Part shown: in pieces, positions 13,701 to 24,583 of the stretch
How positions within the stretch are numbered: the first letter of the stretch is position 1
Layout of the letters: the number at the start of each line of letters is the position of its first letter
Made by a program: the position numbers and the translations under genes
The notes under the pieces: generated by a model
Seen by the model: only the letters and a program-made list of their open reading frames with translations
The model's database searches: none
What the model was told of the DNA's origin: nothing
NCBI GenBank assembly: GCA_043228905.1
Contig: JBHGNT010000008.1
Location: 8,618,001-8,682,000 of the forward strand
Source of the DNA: Azolla caroliniana
Lineage: Eukaryota > Plantae > Polypodiophyta
Direction: 5' to 3'
DNA: 64,000 nucleotides

Positions 13701-16700
13701 AATGTCGAAAAGGAGGAGAGATCCGGCACGCGGCCGGAGTCCGAATACTCGGAGCTAGTCAGCCTTCCGAGGGAAGGCGGACGTGGCCCATGTGGAGGCA
13801 GTACCACAGTACCACGGGAGAGGGTGTGGACCAAGTCACCCTCTCGGCTCTTGGAGAAAGACCGACAGAGGATAAGGTCGGAGTCGGGAAGAAGACAATT
13901 GCTAGTTTGGAACGGAACTGATAGTTCCGGGCATGACTACCCAAAACTCCGGACATTGGAGAAGCAAGCCAAGGTGGGGCTTGGGCGATCGAAGAGGAGA
14001 AAGCCACCGACAAAACCATTGAAGAGACGTAGGCTATGGAAGAGTTGGAGGTCGGACGGAGAGATCCCTCCACACCATTTCTAGAGACTACGACAGTTCA
14101 GCCGACGTGGCAATGTGAGACCGGAGAGAAGGAAGGTGGTAGCGAGGCAACTCGGTTCGAGAGAAGTAAAAAAGGAAGTGGTGAAATGAAGGATGATCCT
14201 AGGTGTCTCCTCACACTTGATCTGGAGACTTCGGTAGTCGGGCCAAGAGCCGATGTGAGACTGGAGAGATGGATGGTGGCGGCTGGAGAGCGGGAATCGA
14301 CGATGCGGCGAAGCGCGGATGGAATGGTCCTTCCACACCGGATCCAGAGACTTCAGTAGTCGGGCCCGAGAGCCGGCGAGAGACCGGAGAGATGGAAGGT
14401 GGCGGTGAGAGGACATGGCCTGAGGCCAGCATGCGTGAAAGGGAGGATGAGGCCGGCAAGGCGGCCAAAGACGAAACCATGGCGAATGCGGAAGACGAAA
14501 TCAACTGAGACCGATTCGAGCAAATGATGAGTCGGCCCAGCCGGAGAAAGATGCAACCAGGGCCGGTGAGCCCAGACAAAGACGGATGCGGAGAAGAGCA
14601 CTCCACATCGTTTCCGGAGACTTCGGAAGTTCGGCCGACAGGGCAGCGTAAGACTGGAGAGATGAAAGGCGGTAGCAAGGAGTCCTCGCACAATGCCAGC
14701 GAAGATGGATGGGAGATGGTCTACAAGGAGGCCAAGGAAAAAGCCACGGTAGAGCGAAGTATAGAGGCAAGAGAAGGTGCCGAAAGAAGTAGAGTTGGAA
14801 GTCGGCCCAACCAGGAGCTGATCCGGTCAGAATTTTGATTCGGACGATCCGCGCATGGATCGTTCGGCCAAAACTGGGCCGAGATGTGGAAGACAACATA
14901 GAGGCAGTTGAGCCTGATCGGTAGGAGACAAGTCCGGACGAGAAACGGGAATGCCGAATTCCAGATGACCTATCCGGAGAGAAGCAAAAAGGGAATGAGC
15001 GAAGTCAATGGCCCGAATAGAAGACCCGATAGGGATCCTCCACACCTAACCTAGGGACTTCGGCCATTGCGGATTAACATAGGTTGCAGTAGGCGAAGGC
15101 ACCGGGAGAATCGAGCGGACTGCAATGGAGGCCATGAGGGCCAATCGAGCGAAGAGGGTTTTCCTCGTAGCAGAGCAACGTTATCAAAGGATGCGGACGA
15201 CACCAAACCAGAGGGGACTGACTTGGGAGTCAGGGAAAATGAGTGTTGACCCGAAGAAGTACACAATGAAGAGCGGAACGAGGTTCGTGCAATATGGCCG
15301 TGTAAGGGCTGAGTAGTGAGCACGGAGGGCATCGATGGTGACGGGGAGAGACGGTAGACCGAAGTATGGATCCTTCACACTCGTTCCCGAGACTTAGGCG
15401 GTTGCATCTAAGAACCAACGGAAGACCTAAGAGACGGAAACTGGTGACAAGGATGCGGAGGTCATGGCCAAAACAGTGTCATGATATGGCAAGTCTCGAA
15501 CCAATAACCTTATGTTATATGGGTCGAGCTCTTGACCATTACATTATCTATTATAATACGTAGGATATTATTTTCATTTAAGTTTTACTATAGAAAATTA
15601 TTGTATATTCCAGATGTTCTTTGGAACATTCTAGAAGCTTCAGGACTATTCCTGAGAACACTATCAAAAGAGGCACAAGGCATTATTTCGAACCAAATTG
15701 GTTCAACGCCAGTCTTAAGCCTCATAGCTATTTGTACTTACTCTTCACATAATATATCATCTGTTATCATCATCCTCTCTCTCTCTCTCTCTCTCGCTCT
15801 CTCGCTCTCTCTCTCTCTCTCTCGTGAGTCTTACGCAATCTGTCCTCTTAGTACTAATAGTACTTCCCTTCTCTAGTACTAACTCTCTCTCTATTTTAGT
15901 ACTATTCATGACAGTTTGAACCAAATTTTCTATCTGGTCTTCTTTTCGGTTTCCCTCATCCTCTTACCCCTTTTTCCAATACTATGGCTATTGTTAGCAC
16001 CCAAGAATATCAATCTTTTTTTTCCGAGCTAGAGTGTCTAAAAGAAAATTTCGTTGCATTGGAACAAGAAAACCAACAATTGTTAGGGGATCTTCAACAA
16101 ATTGCTTTAGAAAAATAGCAAACGTAGCAACAACATGGGGAGTTAGCATTACGCGTACAACAACTAGAAGCAACCATCGTAGCGTTACAACAACAAGGAT
16201 CAAGTCCCCAAGGACTTCATAAAGAGCCCAAGATTGGTCTTCTTGTGAAATTCAATGGAACGCGCTCACAATTCAGAGTATATCCTTAATCATGTATGCT
16301 TAGTCATGCAAATGCATCCTTCCCGATACCCCACTAATGCATCCCGAGTAGGCCTAATAGGCAAGTTGCTCAGCGGCTCAGCCTTAGCATGGTTCGCTCC
16401 GCTTTTGGAAAAACAATCGCCCTTGCTTAATAACTTTGAAGACTTTATTAGCGAGTTTAAAGCCTGCTTTGGAGATACCGACAGCATTAGGACAGCGATC
16501 AACAAAATCCAAAGATTGCGTCATAGCGATCGTCCAGCCTCTAGCTACACGACGGATTTCTGTCTACTCACCTCAAATATCCCCTGGGATGATCAAGCAC
16601 TAATGGAGTAGTTCTGCTACGGCCTGCGAAACGATGTCAAAGATTTACTTTTAACCTTTCCTGAAGAACCCAAAATCTCTTACAAAAGCAATCAATCGAG

Positions 16701-18194
16701 CGGTCCGATGCGACAACCGCCTTTTCGAACAACGTTCGGAATGACAATTTCAAATGCCACGGACTAGGCCAGAGCCCACATACGCCTCAGTCGTAGCTAA
16801 ACCAGTTGCATGAGATGTATCTCAGGCAAATACTCTGACGCCAATGGAGATCGACACGATGCGTCGATGTGGCCCATTATCGGAAGAAGAAAAGCAACGA
16901 TGACATGCAAATCGATTATGTCTTTATTGTGGTGGACCAGGGCATATCGCCATCAACTGTCCCCATAGGCCAAGAAAACAGGTAAATCAAATCGTAGCTT
17001 GTACTAAACCCGAGTCAATTCCCTTAGGAGTGTCTGATGTATTAATAGTACTGATAGCCCAAGTATCTTAAACAAATTTGAAATCCTTAGTCAATTAGAG
17101 GAAGATTTAAACGACTAAGTTCAGCCAAAATAGAAGTCGTTTGGTTGGACAGCCCTAGATTTGTGCAGCCCATTAGTTATTCCATTCCCTCTAAGCAAGT
17201 TAGCAATGTGTTCTTAGCCCAAGATATGATTAGTACTAAAAGTACCCCACCAGTACATGTCTTAGCACTTTTAGATTCCGTAGCCAATTCCTGTTTCATG
17301 GATCGGAATTTTGCCCAAGCTTGTTAGATATCCTTAAAAACACTTCCTTGCCCCACATCTGTAGTAGTCATTGATGGTCATCCCATTGCTTTTGGGAATA
17401 TCGTAGAAGAGTCAAAACTCATTCAGGTTGTCCTAGATAGCTTTGTGTGTGTGGTATCATTTAATATAATCAGTAGTCTAGACCATCCCATTGTCCTGGG
17501 ATTACCTTGGTTTGAGGTACATAATCTAGACATAGATTGGAGAACAAGAGAAGTCCGGTATCGACAACCCCGAGAATCTACTCATCGAGTTTCGACCATT
17601 TCGCTCCATCAATTACGAGAAGAAGGACGCAAGGAGTCAATGTTTCTATTTGCAGTATCAATACATCCTTCCAACACTATTAAAAAGGAATCCTTAGTTC
17701 GAATTCCCGCGAAATATCATCCTTATGCCGATGTATTTGACAAGGTTAGAGCTGGTACTGTTCCTCATCATCGTCTCTATGATTGTCCTATTGATTTACA
17801 ACCAGGAACAGAGCCACCGTGGGGACCGATTTACAACTTGACGCCAACCGAGTTGGAAGTCCTTCGAGCCTACATAGAAGAGAATTTGGCAAGCGGGTTT
17901 ATTCGTCATTCGAAATCTCTAGCTGGTGCACCCATTTTCTTTGTCAAAAAGACAGATGGACCCCTTCGTCCCGTCATTGATTACCATGGCTTTAATAAGG
18001 TCACCATTCGGAATAGGTATGCACTTCCCCTTATATCAAGTCTATTAGAACGTGTAAATGGTGCCAAGTTTTTTACAAAAATCGACTTACGAGGCATATA
18101 ACCTCGTGCGGATCCGACTGGGAGACGAATGGAAGACTGTGTTTCGCACCCGATATGGGCACTTCGAGTATACCGTTATCTTGTTCAATCTAAC

Positions 18195-18651
18195 TGTTAA
18201 TCGGCTAATTACTAACTACTACCGATACAGAAGAGTGAACGTCGCTACTCAACGTTCTAACAAGGAATTGTGTTTTACGAACGGAATTATACTATATTAA
18301 TCGGTAATTACCGTGATCGTTACTTAGTTATAAATTAGGAAGCTTGCACTTAACAACATAGACAATAGAAAGAACACAGAATCCGTACAGGATATTCCTA
18401 ACTTAAACTTATATTACTAAATAAAATGACCTTTCTTACAATGCCTTCGGTTCCCTTTTATAGGTATACCGAAGGTCTTTTCTCATCAAGAACTATTCCT
18501 ACTTACTATCAAGAATTACAAAATTATCTAACTAACTTAGTTCTCTTTGTTTACTGCTGAGTCATTGATCCGAACAGTCGATCCGAACCGACTCCGTTTT
18601 CGACGCTTTCCCACTTGTTCGGTAAAACTGACTGTCCGGGTCTGGGTAACA
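18195..18651 (-). repeat. 3' LTR
   Basis: Direct repeat of 27079-27535; TGTTA...TAACA termini; TATA CCTATAAAAGGG on minus strand. Confidence 0.97.
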
Positions 18652-18653
18652 CT

Positions 18654-18693
18654 TGGCACGTCCGTGGGCCAGGACCTTGTCCAGCGAACCCAC
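18654..18693 (-). other. tRNA-3'-half-like sequence at the position of the missing PPT
   Basis: Sense strand GTGGG-TTCG-CT-GGAC-AAG-GTCC-TGG-CCCAC-GGACGTG-CCA-AG|TGTTACC. Confidence 0.7.
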
Positions 18694-18695
18694 GC

Positions 18696-21290
18696 CTATT
18701 CCTGTAGCTCTTCATCCGAATCGTTCAGAATATCAAAAATCGAAGGCTCTTCTGGCCTTGGATGTATTCCCTCTATATCTTCCTCTTCTTCTGTGTCACA
18801 GTCGTCATTCGGAGCAGGTTTTGAATGTTGTGATTCGGTTGGCTGCTTTGGTTCACTTCTTCCAGGAGTTTGAAGACCAGGAGTCTTGCTGGTTCTTTCA
18901 GCTTCAATTTTATCCAACTGAACGGAAGTGCCTATATCATGTTTGTCGAATTCTTGCATAATACGTTGAATTTCTTCTCTGTAAAATGCCGCAATTTCGT
19001 CCATATCTTTCATGATATCCTCTTGGATATTGTCAATATCCTTTTGTGCTATTTTAAAAAAACCTGCACCTTGGACCTGACGGTTATTTTTGTCGGCACG
19101 TAATAACTGTAATTCCGCCGCTTGTGCCGTCCATAACTTCCATCCTTGCGCAAGGGATTCATTGATCATTTCCTTTGTTAGGTTTCGATGTTTCCCTATG
19201 ATGCGCTGCACTTTGTCCCTAGTGATGCTTGCGACGAATTGAGCAGCTTGCAACTCTTTCCGTAAATCCGTAATAGTGGCTCGGTTTTCACTTTCAGCCC
19301 GCATTAGTTTGGATTCGACTACATATATGTCCAGCCGCCTTTGTTCCGATATCTTCCGAATTTCGTTTAGTTGTTGTTCGAATGTCGATTTCTCTTTGCT
19401 CCATTCCTCCTGGTGTTCCGTAATTCTTCTGTTGACTTCTTCAAGACTCCGCTCTTTTTCTGTCAATTGACTTTCCTGTGACACTATATACCTTTCGAAT
19501 TCTTCAATTTGTTCGGTATATGTATGATTGGCCGTCTTAGCTTCTTCCAGATTTTTCTGTAATTCGTTTATTAATTGATTTTTTTCTTCGAGAACTTTGT
19601 ATTGGCCATTCTGAATGGTTTCTATTTGTTTTTCTAATTCTGTAGTTCGAAATACAGCATTGTTGGCCCTTGTTGTTTCTGCTTGTCGTGCTTTCTCAGC
19701 ATCCTCCAATTTCTGCTGCCATTCTGACTCCGACGCCATAAGCCGTGCCTGCGTTTCCCATTTGTTTAGACTTTCTTTTAGTTCTTTATTTTCTGCCTGT
19801 ATGTTACAAAACTGATGTTTCAACACCTCCGCCGATGCTGATACACTTTTGTATCTTTCAGCCATATCACTGGCTGCTTTGCGTGCCGTTTCATATTCTT
19901 TATGAATTTCGACCAGTGCTTCATGTAATGGTGGCATTTCAATAGCCTCCCCTCTATTCTGTGCACTTCTTTTCCGGCCGATTTTCTCTATCTCTGCTTT
20001 TTCTTGAGGTTCCAACACTCCTCGTAAGGCTTTCTGTATCATTATTCGGTCATTATGTTCTTGAGCCAGCCGTTCTGATACTTCTGTCAATCTTTTAGCC
20101 AACCATTCAACCGGTTCGTATGAAGTTCCAAACTGTAAAATGGCAGCTAATTCATGTGCTGCTGGTGGAATATCCAAGTACCCATGTGCTTCCCGAATTG
20201 CTACTTTTGAAGATTGGCCTTGTTGAGGTTGTGTCGAAACGCTCTCATTCCCTGGTTTTATTACTTCTGCTACTACAGTCGTATTCGAATTTTCCTTTGT
20301 GCGTTGCCTTTTCGGTGCTGACCCATCACTGTTTTCTGGTTGGAATTGCCTATTAGCCTTTTGTTTAACCCTTGTCCTTTGTCGCATCTTCTCTGGTTGT
20401 TGTCGATTTTCTGTCGGCTGCTGCTTGTTTATCAAATGGTCAACTGTTTCTTGTTCGGCTGCTGGTTGCCTGTTTTCGGAATTCTCTGGTCTTGGTGGTT
20501 CCGACTGACGCGTATTCGTTTGTATATTATCGGCATGTGCCGATTCTTCCTCTATCCATTCTTCATGTACTACCTGTCGGTGTCTTCGCGGTGCTTGTAC
20601 TATCGGTGGTCTTCTTGACTGAACAGGAATTTCCGATTCTTGAATCGGAAACAATACCGATAGCCAACGACCAAAAATTTGCTTCATTGGTTTTCCTGTT
20701 TTCACCCCTTGTAGCTGCTCTCTCAGAGCTTCCCCCGACAATAGTGGCCAGTTGAAATCCTCCTTTTCGTATGCGGCTATGATAAACCCAACCCTTTTTT
20801 TCGGCATACAATAAAAACGGGGACTGACAAATCCCACCTCTAGTAAAAATCTAGCCACTTCATGGAAAAACTCATACCGACCTCCATAAGTCTGATATGC
20901 TTTTGCCGAGGGTGAGTATTCCCCGAAATACGATTGGAGTGCTTCTGATGAAGGTTTTTTAACTGCCTCAAAGCCTCCTCTTGGCATCTGTAATGCATTT
21001 CGTATTTTCTTTGTGGTGACCTTGGTGATGTCTAACTGTTGTACCAATTCTTCCGCCTGCGGATGAGGTTCCGCTTCTGCTACTTTGATGAAACCTTGTA
21101 AGTTTCTCTCATGAAGCCATAGTCGCAGTTCTTCAGACACAGGAATCGGCATGACTTCTGTGTTTGCTTGTTCTGAATCACTTGTTGATGCGGGTTGGAG
21201 ATCTGCACAGCTTCTGTAGCGATGAAAATCAGAAAAAAAGAGTTTGGGCGAACTAGGGCACGAAGGTTCAAACTGTTTCGATATCTGCAC
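18696..21290 (-). CDS. Extra ORF at env position: globular N-domain, disordered linker, long coiled coil (first in-frame ATG 21152)
   Basis: 864 uninterrupted codons, same strand as gag-pol; heptad-like E/K/Q/L region ~aa 400-780; no obvious hydrophobic TM segment. Confidence 0.88.
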   Translation of the reverse strand: MQISKQFEPSCPSSPKLFFSDFHRYRSCADLQPASTSDSEQANTEVMPIPVSEELRLWLHERNLQGFIKVAEAEPHPQAEELVQQLDITKVTTKKIRNALQMPRGGFEAVKKPSSEALQSYFGEYSPSAKAYQTYGGRYEFFHEVARFLLEVGFVSPRFYCMPKKRVGFIIAAYEKEDFNWPLLSGEALREQLQGVKTGKPMKQIFGRWLSVLFPIQESEIPVQSRRPPIVQAPRRHRQVVHEEWIEEESAHADNIQTNTRQSEPPRPENSENRQPAAEQETVDHLINKQQPTENRQQPEKMRQRTRVKQKANRQFQPENSDGSAPKRQRTKENSNTTVVAEVIKPGNESVSTQPQQGQSSKVAIREAHGYLDIPPAAHELAAILQFGTSYEPVEWLAKRLTEVSERLAQEHNDRIMIQKALRGVLEPQEKAEIEKIGRKRSAQNRGEAIEMPPLHEALVEIHKEYETARKAASDMAERYKSVSASAEVLKHQFCNIQAENKELKESLNKWETQARLMASESEWQQKLEDAEKARQAETTRANNAVFRTTELEKQIETIQNGQYKVLEEKNQLINELQKNLEEAKTANHTYTEQIEEFERYIVSQESQLTEKERSLEEVNRRITEHQEEWSKEKSTFEQQLNEIRKISEQRRLDIYVVESKLMRAESENRATITDLRKELQAAQFVASITRDKVQRIIGKHRNLTKEMINESLAQGWKLWTAQAAELQLLRADKNNRQVQGAGFFKIAQKDIDNIQEDIMKDMDEIAAFYREEIQRIMQEFDKHDIGTSVQLDKIEAERTSKTPGLQTPGRSEPKQPTESQHSKPAPNDDCDTEEEEDIEGIHPRPEEPSIFDILNDSDEELQE

Positions 21291-21561
21291 TCATTTCTGT
21301 TGTTTTGGCGACACAGACGATACAGAAATATGCTTTAAAGATATTAACTTATGCATTATGACTAAAGAATAGTAATTGCTATTAATGTAGGAATTAAGTA
21401 GTATTAACTCTACGTGTAGTGGTTGTACTACTTACTAATAATCATGCAATTCCTCTTTCTATTTATAGTCGATTCAGACTGTTATGGCAAGATTGTATTT
21501 CTGCATTTGACAAGAACTATTGAGTGAGTTAGTTAGTTTTTTTTTTTATTTTTTTTATTTT

Positions 21562-24546
21562 TTACTCTTCCGTTTGAATAAACGAATTCACCGGCATATC
21601 TCCCAAATACGGTTTAAGCCGGAATCCATTTACCCATTTCGGTAAAACCTCTCCGGTTAATGATCCCAGCTGATACGTACCATTTTTACTATTAATTATC
21701 CATACTGGACCTGTCCATCTATACCGGAGTTTCCCAGGCATAAGTCCCATTCTCGTCTGGAATACCAATACCGGTTTCCCAATTTCGAATTGCTCTTCCG
21801 ATTTCCTTCGATGTCGATTTACGAATGCCTTGATTTGTCTCTGCTTGTGTTCTAGTGCTGACATTGATTGAATCCGTTCTTCTTCTAATACTAATAAAGC
21901 CTCTTTGCGTATCTGCTCCGATTCTATTTCATTTAACTTATTCGTCGCTTGGATACGAAGTGTCGGAATTTGAAATTCGATCGGCATAACGGCTTCAAGT
22001 CCGAATGCCATTCGGAAAGGTGTTGATTTAATGGATGTTTTGTACGAAGTACGATATGCCCATAATGCACTATTTAACTTTTGATCCCAATCAGTACAAT
22101 TTTCATTCACTATCTTCTTTAAAATTGTTTGAATTGTTTTATTTGTCGATTCTGCCAATCCATTAGCTTGGGGATAGTAAGGCGTACTTTTCTTATGAAC
22201 TACGGCATAGTAATTGGTTAATTCGTTAATTAACTTGTTAATAAAATGAGTGCCTTGATCGCTTACCAATTCTATTGGGCAACCGAATCGACACCATATA
22301 TTTTCATATAGGAATTTTGCTGTGGATGCTGCTGTATTGTCCCTGAGAGCTGTTGCTTCAACCCATTTTGTGCAATAGTCAGTCGCAATTATGATATATC
22401 GATTACCGGTTCTTGCAGCTGCTGGTTTGAATGGGCCAACAAAATCTAAGCCCCATTTCTGAAATGGCTCAAGAGGTAAAACCGGTTGAAAAGGCATTCG
22501 ATCCTTTTCGGTCGGTTGCCCCATTCTTTGACACAAATCGCATTTCTTACAGTATTCGTTAGCATCTTTCATCACCGTTGGCCACCATAACCCGCTATTC
22601 CATATTTTTCTGGCTGTTGCTTCTCCTGCGTAATGACCGCCAACAATTCCACAATGTGACTCTGTTAATATGGCTGATTTTTCAAATTTCCGTACTGCCC
22701 TTCGCCATATTCCATCCGCTCCTTTATGATACAACATGTCATTAAATAAACAAAAATTTCGACTTCGTACTGCAATTCTTTTTCTTTCATCTGTCGACAT
22801 GTGTTCGGCCGGAATTCCTGTTGATAGAAATATCGTCATTTCGGAAATCCATTCATCCTCTTTTTCCTCATTCACTTCTTGTGCTTTTACTGCCTCAACC
22901 CGAAATAATTGAGTATCTGGAAAATCATCTTTAACCCCAACCGCTTCTTCTCCAGACTCAAGCCGACTGAGATAGTCAGCAATCGCGTGCTGTGCTCCTG
23001 GTCGATGTATAATGACGAATTCAAACTCTTGAAGCAATAACGTCCATCTGGCTAACTTGCCTGTCAATTCTTGTTTGGAAACTAGATACAGTAGAGCCGA
23101 ATGATCCACATGAAATGTAAATTTCTTACCCAAAAGGTAATGTCGAAATTTGTTCACACTATATATCATTCCCAAAGCTTCTCTTTCGGTTGTTGAATAG
23201 TTTCTTTCGGCCGACGAAAGTTTCCTACTGGCATAGTATACCGGCCTATACCAGTTTGGTTCGGATAATTGCATTAAAGCACTGCCTATGGCAATGTCCG
23301 ACGCATCGACGAAAACATGAAATGGTTTGTTCCAGTCCGGTGGTTGAACTACCGGAACCTTTGTCAGCATCTTCTTGAGACATTTGTATGCATCTTGTTC
23401 TATACTTGTCCATATAAAAGGAACTTTGTGTACTGCTATGTGTAACGGAATAGCAATGTCTGCTAGATATCTCATCATTCTACTGTGCCACCGAATTTGA
23501 CCCAAAAATCTACTTAGAGCTTTAGCATTTGTTGGTGGTGTTGCCTCAATAATTGCTTTAACTTTGGCTGGGTCCACTGCAATCCCTTCTTGACTGACAA
23601 TATGCCCAAGTAACGTACCACTCATTACTCCGAATGCGCATTTGGCTGGATTTAAGCTAAGACGCCCTTTTCGACATTTTTCTAAACATAGCCGTAAATG
23701 CTCAAAATGATCAGCTTTCCGACTATATACCGCAAAATCATCTAAAAACACCTGCATGAAAGCTGGAATATATTCCCCGAATATTTCCTGTATTACCCGC
23801 TGAAATGTAGTTGGAGCTGTTTTTAAACCGAACATCATTACTACTGCCACAAAGACACCCCATTCTGTGACGAAAGCTGTCTTTTCCTGATCTTCCGGAT
23901 TCATCCGTACTTGGTTGTACCCACTGAACCCATCCAAGAAACTATAAATTTCATGTCCCGCTACTGCATCTAATATCCCATCTGTGAATGGCAACGGAAA
24001 CGCATCCGTAATTGTCGCTGCATTCAATTTTCTGTAATCCACACATACGCGAATTTTCCCATTCTTTTTCGGGACTACTACTATCGGACTCAGCCATGTT
24101 GATTTTTTGACGGGTCGAATAAATCCTACTTTTAAGAGTTTATCGATTTCTTCTTTTACTTTGATAGCATAATTCGGATTCAACCTGTACCTGCGTTGTT
24201 GTACTGGCTTTGCATCTTTATGCAAATTGATTTGATGTTGACAAAAAGCGGGATCCAGACCTTTCATATCGTCAAACGACCATGCAAAAACATCTTTATA
24301 TTGTAATAGTAATGTTGTTAATGTCCGTTTGTCATTTTCCGCCAAATCTCTAGCAATCAAGACTGTTTTTCTTTCAGCATCCTCTACTCCTGCCAAATCG
24401 ATCTCCTCCAATGCTGAGGCTTGCACTCTCTGAGATACCTTCATTTCCTTATCTGTAGCTTCTTGTTGCATTCGTATTTCTTTCATTGTTTGCTCATCTA
24501 TTGGCACTTCTTCGTGTGAGTCTACATATGGTGTTAATGCTTGCAA
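21562..24546 (-). CDS. pol: Pol: RT, RNase H, integrase (no chromodomain)
   Basis: RVCVDYRKLN, FLDGFSGYNQ, FLDDF, FVDAS, H-H-C-C zinc finger, WGLDFVGP, SDQGTHF, NGLAESTN, WTGPV. Confidence 0.96.
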   Translation of the reverse strand: MQALTPYVDSHEEVPIDEQTMKEIRMQQEATDKEMKVSQRVQASALEEIDLAGVEDAERKTVLIARDLAENDKRTLTTLLLQYKDVFAWSFDDMKGLDPAFCQHQINLHKDAKPVQQRRYRLNPNYAIKVKEEIDKLLKVGFIRPVKKSTWLSPIVVVPKKNGKIRVCVDYRKLNAATITDAFPLPFTDGILDAVAGHEIYSFLDGFSGYNQVRMNPEDQEKTAFVTEWGVFVAVVMMFGLKTAPTTFQRVIQEIFGEYIPAFMQVFLDDFAVYSRKADHFEHLRLCLEKCRKGRLSLNPAKCAFGVMSGTLLGHIVSQEGIAVDPAKVKAIIEATPPTNAKALSRFLGQIRWHSRMMRYLADIAIPLHIAVHKVPFIWTSIEQDAYKCLKKMLTKVPVVQPPDWNKPFHVFVDASDIAIGSALMQLSEPNWYRPVYYASRKLSSAERNYSTTEREALGMIYSVNKFRHYLLGKKFTFHVDHSALLYLVSKQELTGKLARWTLLLQEFEFVIIHRPGAQHAIADYLSRLESGEEAVGVKDDFPDTQLFRVEAVKAQEVNEEKEDEWISEMTIFLSTGIPAEHMSTDERKRIAVRSRNFCLFNDMLYHKGADGIWRRAVRKFEKSAILTESHCGIVGGHYAGEATARKIWNSGLWWPTVMKDANEYCKKCDLCQRMGQPTEKDRMPFQPVLPLEPFQKWGLDFVGPFKPAAARTGNRYIIIATDYCTKWVEATALRDNTAASTAKFLYENIWCRFGCPIELVSDQGTHFINKLINELTNYYAVVHKKSTPYYPQANGLAESTNKTIQTILKKIVNENCTDWDQKLNSALWAYRTSYKTSIKSTPFRMAFGLEAVMPIEFQIPTLRIQATNKLNEIESEQIRKEALLVLEEERIQSMSALEHKQRQIKAFVNRHRRKSEEQFEIGKPVLVFQTRMGLMPGKLRYRWTGPVWIINSKNGTYQLGSLTGEVLPKWVNGFRLKPYLGDMPVNSFIQTEE

Positions 24547-24583
24547 AATATCTACCTCAAATAGAGGGATGATTTTCTGATTA

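Noticed and set aside
18765-18792. Purine run as the PPT of the extra-ORF element
   Set aside because: About 115 nt from the LTR and explained by EEEEDIEG codons
18696-21290. Host myosin/SMC-like gene or retroviral Env
   Set aside because: Enclosed by LTRs and TSD, no motor or Walker motifs, no evident signal peptide or TM anchor
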